Positions 11,494 through 21,190 of a stretch of 64,000 nucleotides of DNA are shown one piece after another. This DNA comes from Porphyridium purpureum (Eukaryota): positions 3,224,001 to 3,288,000 of the forward strand of contig VRMN01000001.1 of the NCBI GenBank assembly GCA_008690995.1, in the 5' to 3' direction. The notes under the pieces are model-generated. The model saw nothing but the letters and a program-made list of their open reading frames with translations. It searched no databases and was not told the origin of the DNA. The translations under genes were made by a program, and so were the position numbers. Positions within the stretch are counted from its first letter, which is position 1. Each line of letters begins with the position of its first letter.

Positions 11494-13170
11494 ATACATG
11501 TACATCAGATGGAATGTGGAAGTCGGCTACATGTTTCCGACTTGGGTGTGCTTTTGTCTAGATTCGCGTGCCGCGATGAACCACGTCGCCCGTGCGCTCC
11601 AGTCCCTGGTTTACTTCGTCTCAACAGCCTGCACAGGACAGGTTTGTGTCTTGCGCAGCTCGCGACGAGCCCGTCGTCACAGGCAACATCCGATATTCCT
11701 GGAAGGAGCAGGAGGCACGCCGTCACAACACCAGTAGACGATGACACAAGCAGCGAGTGCAACCCTGCATCGCACATGAATGAGTAACACCACCTTTTCA
11801 TCCATTCTCTGGGGTTCTGGCCACGCGACCAGGCTGCTTTCACGGCTGCGAGTCATGTGTGCGGAGGCGTTGCTCCGATGTAAACCGCGAGACATGTTGA
11901 GTCATTCTTGCCACCATGCTCGATACCCGTGCGTGGACAGAAAAGCGGAAGGGAGCGCGCACGGCCTGTAAGCTCGTTGCCTGTGTTTGCGAGGATTCTG
12001 GGCGGTTGCGAATGTCTGGCCGTTAAGCAACTGCACAGCTTGATCGCGTGCTCGCTCGCTTAGTGGGTGCACGAACATCATTGCATGTTGCGCGACGCCA
12101 CACCGATCCTCGAAACGTGCGGCAAACGCATTTGTTCATGCATTTGCTGTGCCTGGTCGATCCAACGAGCACGACACAGTCACAAAGCTCGAAGACTTCA
12201 AGAGTCAGAATCAGAACCTTTGATTTTCGCGGGAATCCTCTTGTTGTTGTGCGCAACTAGATAGTTGGGCGATGACCCTCAAAAGGGTGAGCGCAAAGGA
12301 ATGGTGTTTGCATCTGTTCATCGATACACCCCCCATCGTGCATTTGCGTCGGTGGGTGCAAACACACACACAAAAAGCGAACCTAAAAATAACCTTTAAA
12401 AACGCGCATGCCATCTTTTTATTGGATTGTGGTTTTGTGCGCGACGCGTGTAACAAAGATGCCATTGCGCGGATGGTGTGGTGGCATGTCACACGATTGC
12501 AACGCCGTTTTGACCACCCGCTGGCGCCAAGCGGTTGAGCGTGTCGGTAAGGTCGGGTGAGCGGGTGGGTGAGCACTAAGGGAATGAGCGTTGCCAGGAA
12601 TGAGCGAGGAATGGTCCCAAATGAGAACAAGCTCGATCACGGCTCGATCTGAGGGGAGCGACGCGAGAGATTCGAACCGCGGTTGGGTCCCCCTTCCCCC
12701 ATTCTCGTCACGTGTGCGCGTGCGGGTTTCCGTTGTTGCGCTGAAGGGGCTTTTCACCACACACAGATCCTCCTGACGTGTCATGTCCTTTGCGTGGTCT
12801 TCGAGTGTGCGAATGGACGACAGGGTGAATGGGTTTGGGGGGAGTGGCGAATTGGTGGAGCATGCCGCTTCCAAAGCCGCGAGAATTCTTTGGCCTGGAC
12901 GATGACCGCGACTGAAGGAACCACATGGCGGCAGTACAACAGGCAGTGGGTGAGCGGGGTAGCGCATGTATAAGGTGCACGCCGCCGGGAGCAACATGCG
13001 CATAAGAGGACGCGGCAACCGACAGCGTCGCGCAGGGGAAAAGGATCTGTAGCCAAAGCGAGACCCCGTCTAGACTGCAAGTACAAAGAGAAGCTCAGCG
13101 AGCTGGAAAAGTTCCATTTATCACAGGAGCGCGTGACAACACCGCAGGCGGCAAGAACAGAGCGAGCGAC

Positions 13171-14451
13171 ATGTCTGTCGTTGGAGCAATTATGGATATA
13201 CATCGTTTTGAAGGCCCGCATCGATTTACCAATGCCAGTGAACAGGCGCAGCTGATGTCCACACCGCCACTGGTGAATGCGCGTTTGCCGTTAGAGGGCA
13301 CGTACATGGGGAGGGATAGTGCAAGCGCGTCACCGTGGTTCCACGCGGAGTGCCGTGGGCGTGTCGAAAGTGACTTTCCGCCTTCCGCCAGTCCGCAGCC
13401 ATGGTCAAAGTCCATGCTTGGAAGTTCAGTGTCACTGGTATCCGAGCCGTCTGAGCGACGGGAGAAGTTGCCGAGCATCGCTGAACTGCTGGTTGAAGGC
13501 GAGCACGTCAAGTCTGGGCTCCACGACTTTGACGGCAGCTCCGCACTTTTGCGGAACTCGTTCAAATCTGCTGACGCGCGCACGCAGTCATCACGAGCAA
13601 GTCGCAATGCACACGGGCTGCCGCACATGGAGCCCGTGTTGGCTACGACTGATCATTCGCGGCCCGTGCTCACACAACGAGCGGGTAGAGTACCCGTTAT
13701 TCGGGCTTCGACAGACGTGGCTGGGCACTTGGTTCTTCAGCGACGACAGGAATACGTTCCTGCTGTGCATGACCCTATCCTCAGCCCCCTACAGACATTT
13801 GGGCTTTACAGGCAGTCATTCGCGGCCGCGAATCATGGGCATGCGAGTTCTCCGGTACCACAGATGCAGGGACGTCAGGAACAGTACAGACAACATCCAA
13901 CACCGCCAGGACGTCAGCCATCGATGCATGGAGGCTTAGGATCGAACGTTACGCCTATCCAGCCACCTACCACGTCCGGCACGGCTTCGAGCAGATCGCC
14001 TCGTCACCAGGCAAGTTCTGAGAACAGCAGCTCCTGGGAGGCTGGTAAAGCACATCAGGCGTCCCATGCACGACGCCCTTACTCACGACGGCAATACTGG
14101 ACGCCGGAAGAGGACGAGATGCTGCGTGTGCTTGTGGATTCAATGGGACCGGCTGATTGGCCCAATTTGTCCGCGAAAATGTCGGGCCGTACCAGCAAGC
14201 AGTGCCGCGAGCGCTGGTTAAACCACTTGCAGCCATCTACACACAAAAGCGCGTGGACAGCAGGGGAGGACGCACTGCTTGCGATAATGCACAGTCAACA
14301 CGGCAACAAATGGCGACTAATCTCGCAGCACATGCCAGGGCGGTCTGATAATGATATCAAGAATAGGTTCCATGTGACTCTACGTCGTCTGCACAGGCTG
14401 CAGCGAGCCGAAGTCTTAGACACAGAAAGCGCTTTTACGGCCGGAAACTGA
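13171..14451 (+). CDS. R2R3-MYB transcription factor, copy 2 (tandem paralogue)
   Basis: WTPEEDEMLRVLV..GRTSKQCRERWLNHL..WTAGEDALL..GRSDNDIKNRF; DNA-binding domain very similar to copy 1. Confidence 0.93.
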   Translation: MSVVGAIMDIHRFEGPHRFTNASEQAQLMSTPPLVNARLPLEGTYMGRDSASASPWFHAECRGRVESDFPPSASPQPWSKSMLGSSVSLVSEPSERREKLPSIAELLVEGEHVKSGLHDFDGSSALLRNSFKSADARTQSSRASRNAHGLPHMEPVLATTDHSRPVLTQRAGRVPVIRASTDVAGHLVLQRRQEYVPAVHDPILSPLQTFGLYRQSFAAANHGHASSPVPQMQGRQEQYRQHPTPPGRQPSMHGGLGSNVTPIQPPTTSGTASSRSPRHQASSENSSSWEAGKAHQASHARRPYSRRQYWTPEEDEMLRVLVDSMGPADWPNLSAKMSGRTSKQCRERWLNHLQPSTHKSAWTAGEDALLAIMHSQHGNKWRLISQHMPGRSDNDIKNRFHVTLRRLHRLQRAEVLDTESAFTAGN

Positions 14452-15208
14452 TCGTCGTCTCAGTAAATAGATGTACAGCAGATGAACGAGACCGTCCATT
14501 AGTTTGCCCACTCGGATCAAGTGCGACTTGGGAAAGGAACAGAGCCAGTTACAACGCCTTACAAGGCCTCTACCTGAACGCCCTCAACTTTGCTTTGATG
14601 TTTGTGCTTCGATGGGCCCTCCCTCTGTCCGCGTCGATTTACGGTGTACGGATATCTTACCCCAGGAAAGCACATCTGCTTTATTTTGGATTCCTTGAAA
14701 TGGTCGGGATATTTACACGAAGCAACACGCAGCGAAAAAGTTAGCACCACCAACTTTTCGCACCCCAAAGCAGCGCGCGCATGCCCTGATAGAAGACTCC
14801 GCGCACGCCGATCAAAATTCTTGAATACTTCTAACACACCTGACGACATGAGGAAAGCGTCGCGTGCAACGTGAGACCTCAAACAACGGAGCCACGGTAG
14901 ACAGAAACCGCCCCGAGCGCGCTCACCTGCGAAAAATAACAGTGCTCTTCAAGATATTGCGGGCAGCAGCGCACGGAACAGAATCTGCCGATTCGAAAGA
15001 CAAAGCACGCCAAACGCAAATATGTCCGAGCTCTCTCAGAATGCCGCCGTCGATATAAATATATTGATCAGACTCCTGCAAATGCCTTGCCCACTGGAAG
15101 ACAGCAAACCGGAGGGGAAAACATTTCCTAAATCCTATCCAGCTCTCAACCCCACGCAGCTTGGCCATGACGCAGCCAAAGAAGTGGCCGTGTCCAACGA
15201 AAACAGAC

Positions 15209-16324
15209 TTACGCATTGCGCTCAAGACCCCTCAATATGCCATTCACATGTAACAAGCCAACCACGGCGACAACAACGACTGTTGTCTGTTCATCGCCTG
15301 CATTCTTCCGCCTCAATTCGACCGCTTCACGAATTGAGTTCTGTAGCACTTCATCTCTGCGCAGAACAATCTCCTCGAAGAAACGGATTGTGCATGCGAG
15401 GAGCACAAGAAAGCTGAACAAAGACATACCATCCGCTAGCCATTCCGGAATGTTTAAATTCGCCAAGTCTCCAGAAACACCAGAAGGCGCCTGACCGCCT
15501 GCGCTTGCCAGTGCTACCAGAGCATTCTGTTCGGCTGCTTCCAGGAGAGAGTTGAAAATGGCTAGTGTAAGGGACGAGATAAGAAAGGCGGGTGCAAGCA
15601 GGCCAACTAGATCCTTCAAATAAGCACCGCTTAAAAGAACGCGCCACACATTCACGCCATTCGGCGGAGCACGTGCAAAAAGTGTTGCCAAGACTCGACG
15701 CGCAACCTGACTGGACGTTCGTAGCAATGAGCGCGGACGAAGTGACTCGTACAGATTACGAATCGTCGCGGACGCCGGAGCGTCACCACAGACAAGTGGA
15801 ATTCCCTGCAGCTCCGCTTCCTCTGAAGCCACAAGAAATTCACTACCGGGCCTGGCACCGAGGCGCGCCTGCAGGGTGTAAATTGACGTCAGCCCGACAG
15901 CAAGAGCCGCTGGACCCGTTCCCCCATACTTGTCGCGCAGCTTTGCCAGTCGCTCATCCCATGGACGATCGTCGCGGTGGGGCGACTTGGATTCTTCTTC
16001 GGCCTTCCGCTTCATCATCTGGACGAGCCGGTCCTGACACAGCTCCACGAGCACACACGAAGGACGCGACGCGCGAATCATGTTTCGAACATCGCTGGCG
16101 GACGTCGCGGAGCCATGGATCGTCCCCACAATATAGACGTCGAGCTTTCTCTGCTCGTCGTGGAAGCGAGCGACCGCAGGAGACTGATACGGCTGGTGCT
16201 CCAGAGGCGGTTCGGCAGCGTCTGCCACTTGGTGCTTCATGCATACCCCGCGGTGCCAGCACGGTTCGCGGAGCGCAGGACGCGGACGCCGCAGCAGAGG
16301 ATGAACTACCACGAACGAAGCCAT
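15209..16324 (-). CDS. TraB/PrgY/GumN-family protein, probably plastid-targeted
   Basis: VYIVGTIH, VLVELCQDR, PGSEF..A, LVCGD, RDEVL and VVAVVGLLHVNGI are TraB hallmarks. The N-terminus MASFVV resembles a red-algal transit peptide. Confidence 0.85.
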   Translation of the reverse strand: MASFVVVHPLLRRPRPALREPCWHRGVCMKHQVADAAEPPLEHQPYQSPAVARFHDEQRKLDVYIVGTIHGSATSASDVRNMIRASRPSCVLVELCQDRLVQMMKRKAEEESKSPHRDDRPWDERLAKLRDKYGGTGPAALAVGLTSIYTLQARLGARPGSEFLVASEEAELQGIPLVCGDAPASATIRNLYESLRPRSLLRTSSQVARRVLATLFARAPPNGVNVWRVLLSGAYLKDLVGLLAPAFLISSLTLAIFNSLLEAAEQNALVALASAGGQAPSGVSGDLANLNIPEWLADGMSLFSFLVLLACTIRFFEEIVLRRDEVLQNSIREAVELRRKNAGDEQTTVVVVAVVGLLHVNGILRGLERNA

Positions 16325-16694
16325 CTTTCCAGTCACGGCCAAGCCGGCAGATCACCAACGGGCCAAAACGACGAGTTTTACGGAAAAAGACCTTCGCGAG
16401 CTATCGGGACAGCTCTCTGTTTTGAGGTTGACCGATCTTCGTAAATACAGCGGGGGTGTGCCTGACAAAGAGAGTACGAAAACGACGATCCACACAAACT
16501 GCCTAAGAAAGCGCCCGTGTATTTAGATTTATCATTCTATAAATCTCGCAGGACCACAAGACGAGCCTGCCTAGAGGTCTCGTCCATTCGGGATCTCCGC
16601 ACGTGCGCGCTTGCGCTCCCGAGCAGAAGCGCCAACATGACCATAAATAGAACGTGCAAGAGCACGCTCTTCTTGGACATTAAACTCGCTCAGC

Positions 16695-17585
16695 CTAAGA
16701 CACGGCCGCAACACGCTCGGACGGCTTTGAAGAGGTCGACAAGGAAGTTGCAGGAGAGGTTGCCGGCGAAGCGTTGGGACGCTTGTGGCGCGGCACGTAC
16801 CGGCGGTCCTGGTACTCGTCGAGCCACGTTTTCTTCACAAGATCTGGTGTATAATTGCACTTCAAGTACGCGTGCACATGCAATCGGTTCCTGGGTTGGG
16901 CGTGGGGCTCCACGGGCTCGGCAGAAACCGGGCTTTCAGCGCCGTCATCCACATCCACAGGGATTACCTTGCGCGTGTAGTTCACGCCAATGTTCTCGAG
17001 CTCGTCCAGCTTGGCGAGCTCTCCGTCGTCCACAATATACACTTCGCCTTTAACTTTCTGGCCTTTTCCCTGCATGTTCAGCAGGTACGGCGAAAACCAA
17101 GGCCCGCCAACAACAAGAGGGTACTGCTGCACCGTCCGGAACTCGCCCACAAACATGGCATTGCTAAGCAGGTGCGAGTTTGGAAACGAACGCTTCAGCG
17201 TTCCATAGACAAACACCAGGTGCCACGATCCGCTCGCCTGGTTCAGGCAACGAACGAGTTCATTCATCAATTCAGAGGTGCCGTCCGCGTGCAAGATGCC
17301 GGTAGCCATTGTTGACGGATGAGCAACCTTCGCCACGCCGACCGCAGCGCTTGCAACGGAGTGACCATTGACGTCCGCCGGTTTCTTCTTCGTGTCCGTA
17401 TGCATCTGGGCCGCGCACGATAGCGACACCGAGCCGAGCGGACGCTGGTGGAGATGCGCACCCACGTACTGCCCCGTGGCAGACGTGCGACCTCCCGCTC
17501 CGCACGGAGCCGAGCGCGGGCTCGCTCTTCCGGTCGAGGCGAGGACCGCGCCGACGTGTACTACCGGTGCCGCTCCAGAAATCAT
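16695..17585 (-). CDS. Gamma-glutamylcyclotransferase (GGACT/AIG2-like)
   Basis: VFVYGTLKRSFPN, KVKGEVYIVD and LDELE..YTR motifs. First ATG at 17585. Confidence 0.9.
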   Translation of the reverse strand: MISGAAPVVHVGAVLASTGRASPRSAPCGAGGRTSATGQYVGAHLHQRPLGSVSLSCAAQMHTDTKKKPADVNGHSVASAAVGVAKVAHPSTMATGILHADGTSELMNELVRCLNQASGSWHLVFVYGTLKRSFPNSHLLSNAMFVGEFRTVQQYPLVVGGPWFSPYLLNMQGKGQKVKGEVYIVDDGELAKLDELENIGVNYTRKVIPVDVDDGAESPVSAEPVEPHAQPRNRLHVHAYLKCNYTPDLVKKTWLDEYQDRRYVPRHKRPNASPATSPATSLSTSSKPSERVAAVS

Positions 17586-18203
17586 TCTTTGGCACGAAAA
17601 ACCCTGAACCCGATTCTCAAGCAGGAAACTAAAAGCCCAACGCACACCACGTGCGATACTCAACACCGTCTCAAGAAAGCGTGCGAGCCGTGATCTTTCC
17701 GCGTTTCCGGAATGAGTCGTTCCTCTTGATAAGCATCTAATACTTCAGCAACCTATTGCGCGTTGCTGCTCATCCCACGCCGGACCGTGTGCGCCTCTCT
17801 CCACTTCACCTAACCCGCGCTGTCCGATATCTAGACCATCCAGACGAATCGTCGTCCTTACTCCCACCCGCCTGTTCCCCTGTTTGTAGTACGCTCCGCT
17901 ACTTAACCCACCGAGCCTTTTAATAGCTGTTGCGGCTGCCGCTGCCACCCGTCTGCTTTTTCTATCAAAACAGCCCTGCGCAATCACAAACACGCACGCT
18001 CACCACCAGACGCTCGCGCGCTCTTCCCGCCCAGCCTTTTCTTGTTAATTCAGGAAAACGAGGTGTACACTAAGACTTGATGGGGGTACAGCCGTTAATA
18101 CAAAAAACCCGCCGAGTGATTCACCACGTCAGCGCGTATTCCCTCGAACGCACTGTACCGTGTCGCTCCTCCCACACGTCGCAGATTCTACTCAACATAC
18201 AAC

Positions 18204-18211
18204 TATATAAA
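18204..18211 (+). promoter_or_regulatory. TATA box of the permuted tRNA gene
   Basis: TATATAAA about 30 nt upstream of the leader needed for the BHB (18239 onward), followed by CAA motifs at about 18231-18237. Confidence 0.7.
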
Positions 18212-18249
18212 CGCTATTTTTTCCCTTCCACAAACAAATTTCACGGAGG

Positions 18250-18355
18250 AACGGTCGGCCGCAGTTCGATCCTTGCAGAAGGGGAGTTTCTGCGTATGGG
18301 CATAGAATCGTTTGATTACGCCCGTATGGCTTAGTGGTAGAGTTACCGTTTCGTA
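18250..18355 (+). tRNA. trnT-CGU: Circularly permuted tRNA-Thr(CGU): 3' half 18250-18302 (with T-loop intron 18271-18288), spacer 18303-18319, 5' half 18320-18355
   Basis: Reassembled 71-nt cloverleaf: GCCCGTA TG GCTT AGTGGTA GAGT T ACCGT TTCGTA|A ACGGT CGGC CGCAG TTCGAT|T CTGCG TATGGGC A. Acceptor stem 7 bp (one G-U), anticodon stem 5/5, T stem 5/5. G1-C72, C2-G71 and A73 fit tRNA-Thr. Confidence 0.92.
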
Positions 18356-18366
18356 CCTGAGAACTC

Positions 18367-18371
18367 TTTTT
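18367..18371 (+). terminator. RNA polymerase III terminator (T5)
   Basis: TTTTT 12 nt after the end of the 5' half, just beyond the BHB-forming trailer. Confidence 0.75.
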
Positions 18372-19851
18372 GCCGGTTGGAAAACATCACTGATCATGTC
18401 TCAATAATTCGCGAGACGATCTCCAACATGGCTCCGTAGCGACAAGCAAAATTGCATGCAGCGCAACTCGCTCCGTACAATGTGCTACGTTTCGCGGGCC
18501 GCGGCCTAACACTACAAAACTCAGTTTGTCTCTCACAGTCTGCGCGCGGGCGCTGCGATGCGACTGCAGATATGGTCTGCGACCGCGCACTGGGGGCGAA
18601 TTCAGCTAGGCCACGCGAGCTCAGCGCATATTCAAAATTTCGGTCCCCCCCAAGGCCAAGCTGTCACATGTCTTCAGGCCCATTCAGAATTGATTCTTGG
18701 TAGGGCCTGCTTGTGCAGTGTTTACTAGGTGGGCGTTGCGCATTTTGGACCAGCGGCATAAACAGGCGCAACCCGCGCGCACTGTCGAAAGAAAGAAAGA
18801 TGATGCTCGGAAGCCTTGTGTTCCTCGTGGCCAACCGCGGTCCGCGCTGTTAAATGAATGTTTCTTGCTCTCGTCTGCAAGGACCCTAGATCCTTGAAGC
18901 CTCGTCATGACCCCGCTGGCTGTTGCTGAGAAGAGCATACACACAGAATGCGAAAGCAAGGAATACTGAGCATCTGCTTGTCGTGTGTGCTCATTCCGCT
19001 ACCAAAGCAGTGGATGGCGATAAATGCTTTTGGACACACTGCAGCACGCCTGTTCGGAAGAGTAAGAGCCATGAGGGTGCGAAATGGACACAAAAAGTCG
19101 ACCATGGCATCGAGGAACCTTTCAGAAACCCCAAGCATGTTCGTTTACCTCCCGATTTGCCCCACTACTGACAGTCGGCATTAGTGTCCTGCCCCGCTGA
19201 TCTACCGAATTTGCATCTGCGCCGCCCATTCCATAGCGCGCGTGTCCTGACAGAGTCTGCGCATCTCGCCCAACTCTCTCTCGGCAGCCGCACAGCACGC
19301 GCCACAAGCCCGGCTTGGCCACTCGCACAGCGACTCCTGCTTGTTGCCATACCCGTCGCGCGCGATGAAGCGCGTCGTGCTTGTTCTTCCAGCTGACATC
19401 CGGATACGCTAGAAGCCTGTCGATGTTCGCATACGCCTTATACTGGTCCATACGCATGGCGCTCTGATTCCGTGAAGCTCCATGCCACGCACGCGGCGGT
19501 CACACCGACTCCATAAGTACACCGACCGGCACTGAACACCCATCTAGTAAACCACGAGCGTTTCACGAGACAAACACGGTGCGATTTAGCGTGCTGCTTC
19601 GTTTTGGTGCCGCGTCTGGCTCGAGACGCCGAACGTGCGACGCGTCGGTTTGCCAGCGGCTGCAAGCGGTGATGGCAGACGGAGACGCACATGTAAAAAG
19701 CGCATTCGCAGCTGCTTAAAGCAGCCATGGACGCAGCGTCTGCAGCCGCGCGTGGCAGTTCGGCTCTCCAAGTACATCGGCACGCGGTGAGAGCGACGCG
19801 CAGAAAGACCGGACAAGCGGCACAAATCCTGCAGCGGCACAGGCGGCAAGC

Positions 19852-20466
19852 ATGCAGTGCTTGCGCGGGTTCTACCGCATTCTGACGCTCGAAGCTCCGC
19901 CGTCAAATGAGCCTCGAGGACGCAACGGCCCACCGGGTTCTCCGAGCCCGCCGCCCACTGTGGGGTTTTTGGTGCTGAGTACAGGCGAGCAGACAAAAGA
20001 GTTCGCAAGGACATACAAGCACTTGTTCGTGTATCCGAGCCTGTGGGGCCCGGAAGCAATCGAGCTCGACGCATGTATGCCCGCGTGCATCTACCCGAAT
20101 CATGTACTGCGAAGCGCCCAGGCCCACGCGCGAGCGCAAAGCGAGATTCCCACAAAATGCGTGATATGCATGGAGGACTTTCACGACCGCGACATTGTGC
20201 GTTCGATGCCATGTCACTGGTCCCATATCTTTCACTCGCTCTGCGTCGCGTCTTGGGTCTCTGCGTACGATAAGAGCTGTCCAGTCTGTCGGATAGACTT
20301 GCGCAGATTCAAGTATCCGCCGCCGCCGCCGCCGCCGCCGCATCTTGAGCAAGACGCACCAAGGCCTCGTGGGAATCATCGTCCGAAAGGGGAAGAAAAC
20401 ACTGCAGCCACGGGCGCCGGCCACTACTGCTTTCTCGATATTGACAGCGCGAGACACAAGGACTGA
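19852..20466 (+). CDS. RING-H2 zinc finger protein (probable E3 ubiquitin ligase)
   Basis: CVIC..PCHWSHIFHSLC..W..CPVCR followed by poly-Pro. Confidence 0.85.
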   Translation: MQCLRGFYRILTLEAPPSNEPRGRNGPPGSPSPPPTVGFLVLSTGEQTKEFARTYKHLFVYPSLWGPEAIELDACMPACIYPNHVLRSAQAHARAQSEIPTKCVICMEDFHDRDIVRSMPCHWSHIFHSLCVASWVSAYDKSCPVCRIDLRRFKYPPPPPPPPHLEQDAPRPRGNHRPKGEENTAATGAGHYCFLDIDSARHKD

Positions 20467-20518
20467 ACAAACGTGCCATCAAATATTCATCGACAGGAAA
20501 GCAATGTATAGCATGAAA

Positions 20519-21190
20519 TCATGCAGAACTGGCGGCAGCTCGCCACACGTCCAGATCGTCAGGAGTGTCCACATCCGGTAACATTTCCAGGAGCATGACC
20601 TTTAGTGCCATGGCGCGCGCCTTTTCCATCGTGGCACAAAAAACCGTGCTTGTGCTCCACTGAATTCCTTCAAACACGTTTCTATGCAGCTCTTGCATGC
20701 CTAGTAAATAGTAGCCGCCGTCCTTTGCGGGCCCAATCACGAGGTCGGCTTGCTCGCTCTCGAGCGCATGAAATGCGGCAGAGATATGTTTTTCCGCGCA
20801 CAGACCAGGCGCATCGGTGCCCACTACAAGAACGTGCGTCTGGTGAAGGTCATTGAATGCCTTCCGAAACGACGTCGCCATTTTTGCCCCGAGGTCTACT
20901 CCCGGACCAGAGCGCTGCGCCCCGAACATAACCGCGCGGCCGGAATGGAAGAACGGTCGCAGCCACGTGTCAAACCACTCGTGCGCGTGGTCGGCATCCG
21001 CACTGGCGTACTCAATCATTACCGTGATCCGCGGATTGCACCGATCGACGCGGCGAATGCAGTGCTCTGCCATCTGCCTGCTAGTTTCCGCAGCGCCATC
21101 CGCGCCCAGCGCCGGGATTAGTCGCGTCTTGGCAAAGCCAGGTTTGGGCTGTTTGACATACACAATCACACACGCCCTGCTTGTCGCCAT
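20519..21190 (-). CDS. DUF2064/TIGR04282-family transferase (annotated in bacteria as arsenosugar-biosynthesis glycosyltransferase; CofC-like fold)
   Basis: KQPKPGFAKTRLIPALG, DLGAKM, VVGTDAP, VIGPAKDGGYYLLGM, FEGIQWST and DVDTPDDL. Confidence 0.88.
   Translation of the reverse strand: MATSRACVIVYVKQPKPGFAKTRLIPALGADGAAETSRQMAEHCIRRVDRCNPRITVMIEYASADADHAHEWFDTWLRPFFHSGRAVMFGAQRSGPGVDLGAKMATSFRKAFNDLHQTHVLVVGTDAPGLCAEKHISAAFHALESEQADLVIGPAKDGGYYLLGMQELHRNVFEGIQWSTSTVFCATMEKARAMALKVMLLEMLPDVDTPDDLDVWRAAASSA

Noticed and set aside
12660..12690. Minus-strand GGTTCGAATC, like a tRNA T-loop
   Set aside because: Flanks do not form a 5-bp T-stem, and no matching D-arm or acceptor half was found on either side.
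15592..16425. 277-aa plus-strand ORF, and similar long antisense ORFs (23553-24284, 32918-33670, 42004-42768, 52188-53087, 56723-57484, 59096-59818)
   Set aside because: Antisense shadows of real genes in GC-rich DNA, with no domain motifs.
18591..18651. Possible hairpin GGGGGCGAATT...AATTTCGGTCCCCC
   Set aside because: Short, imperfect pairing with no recognisable ncRNA motif or promoter.
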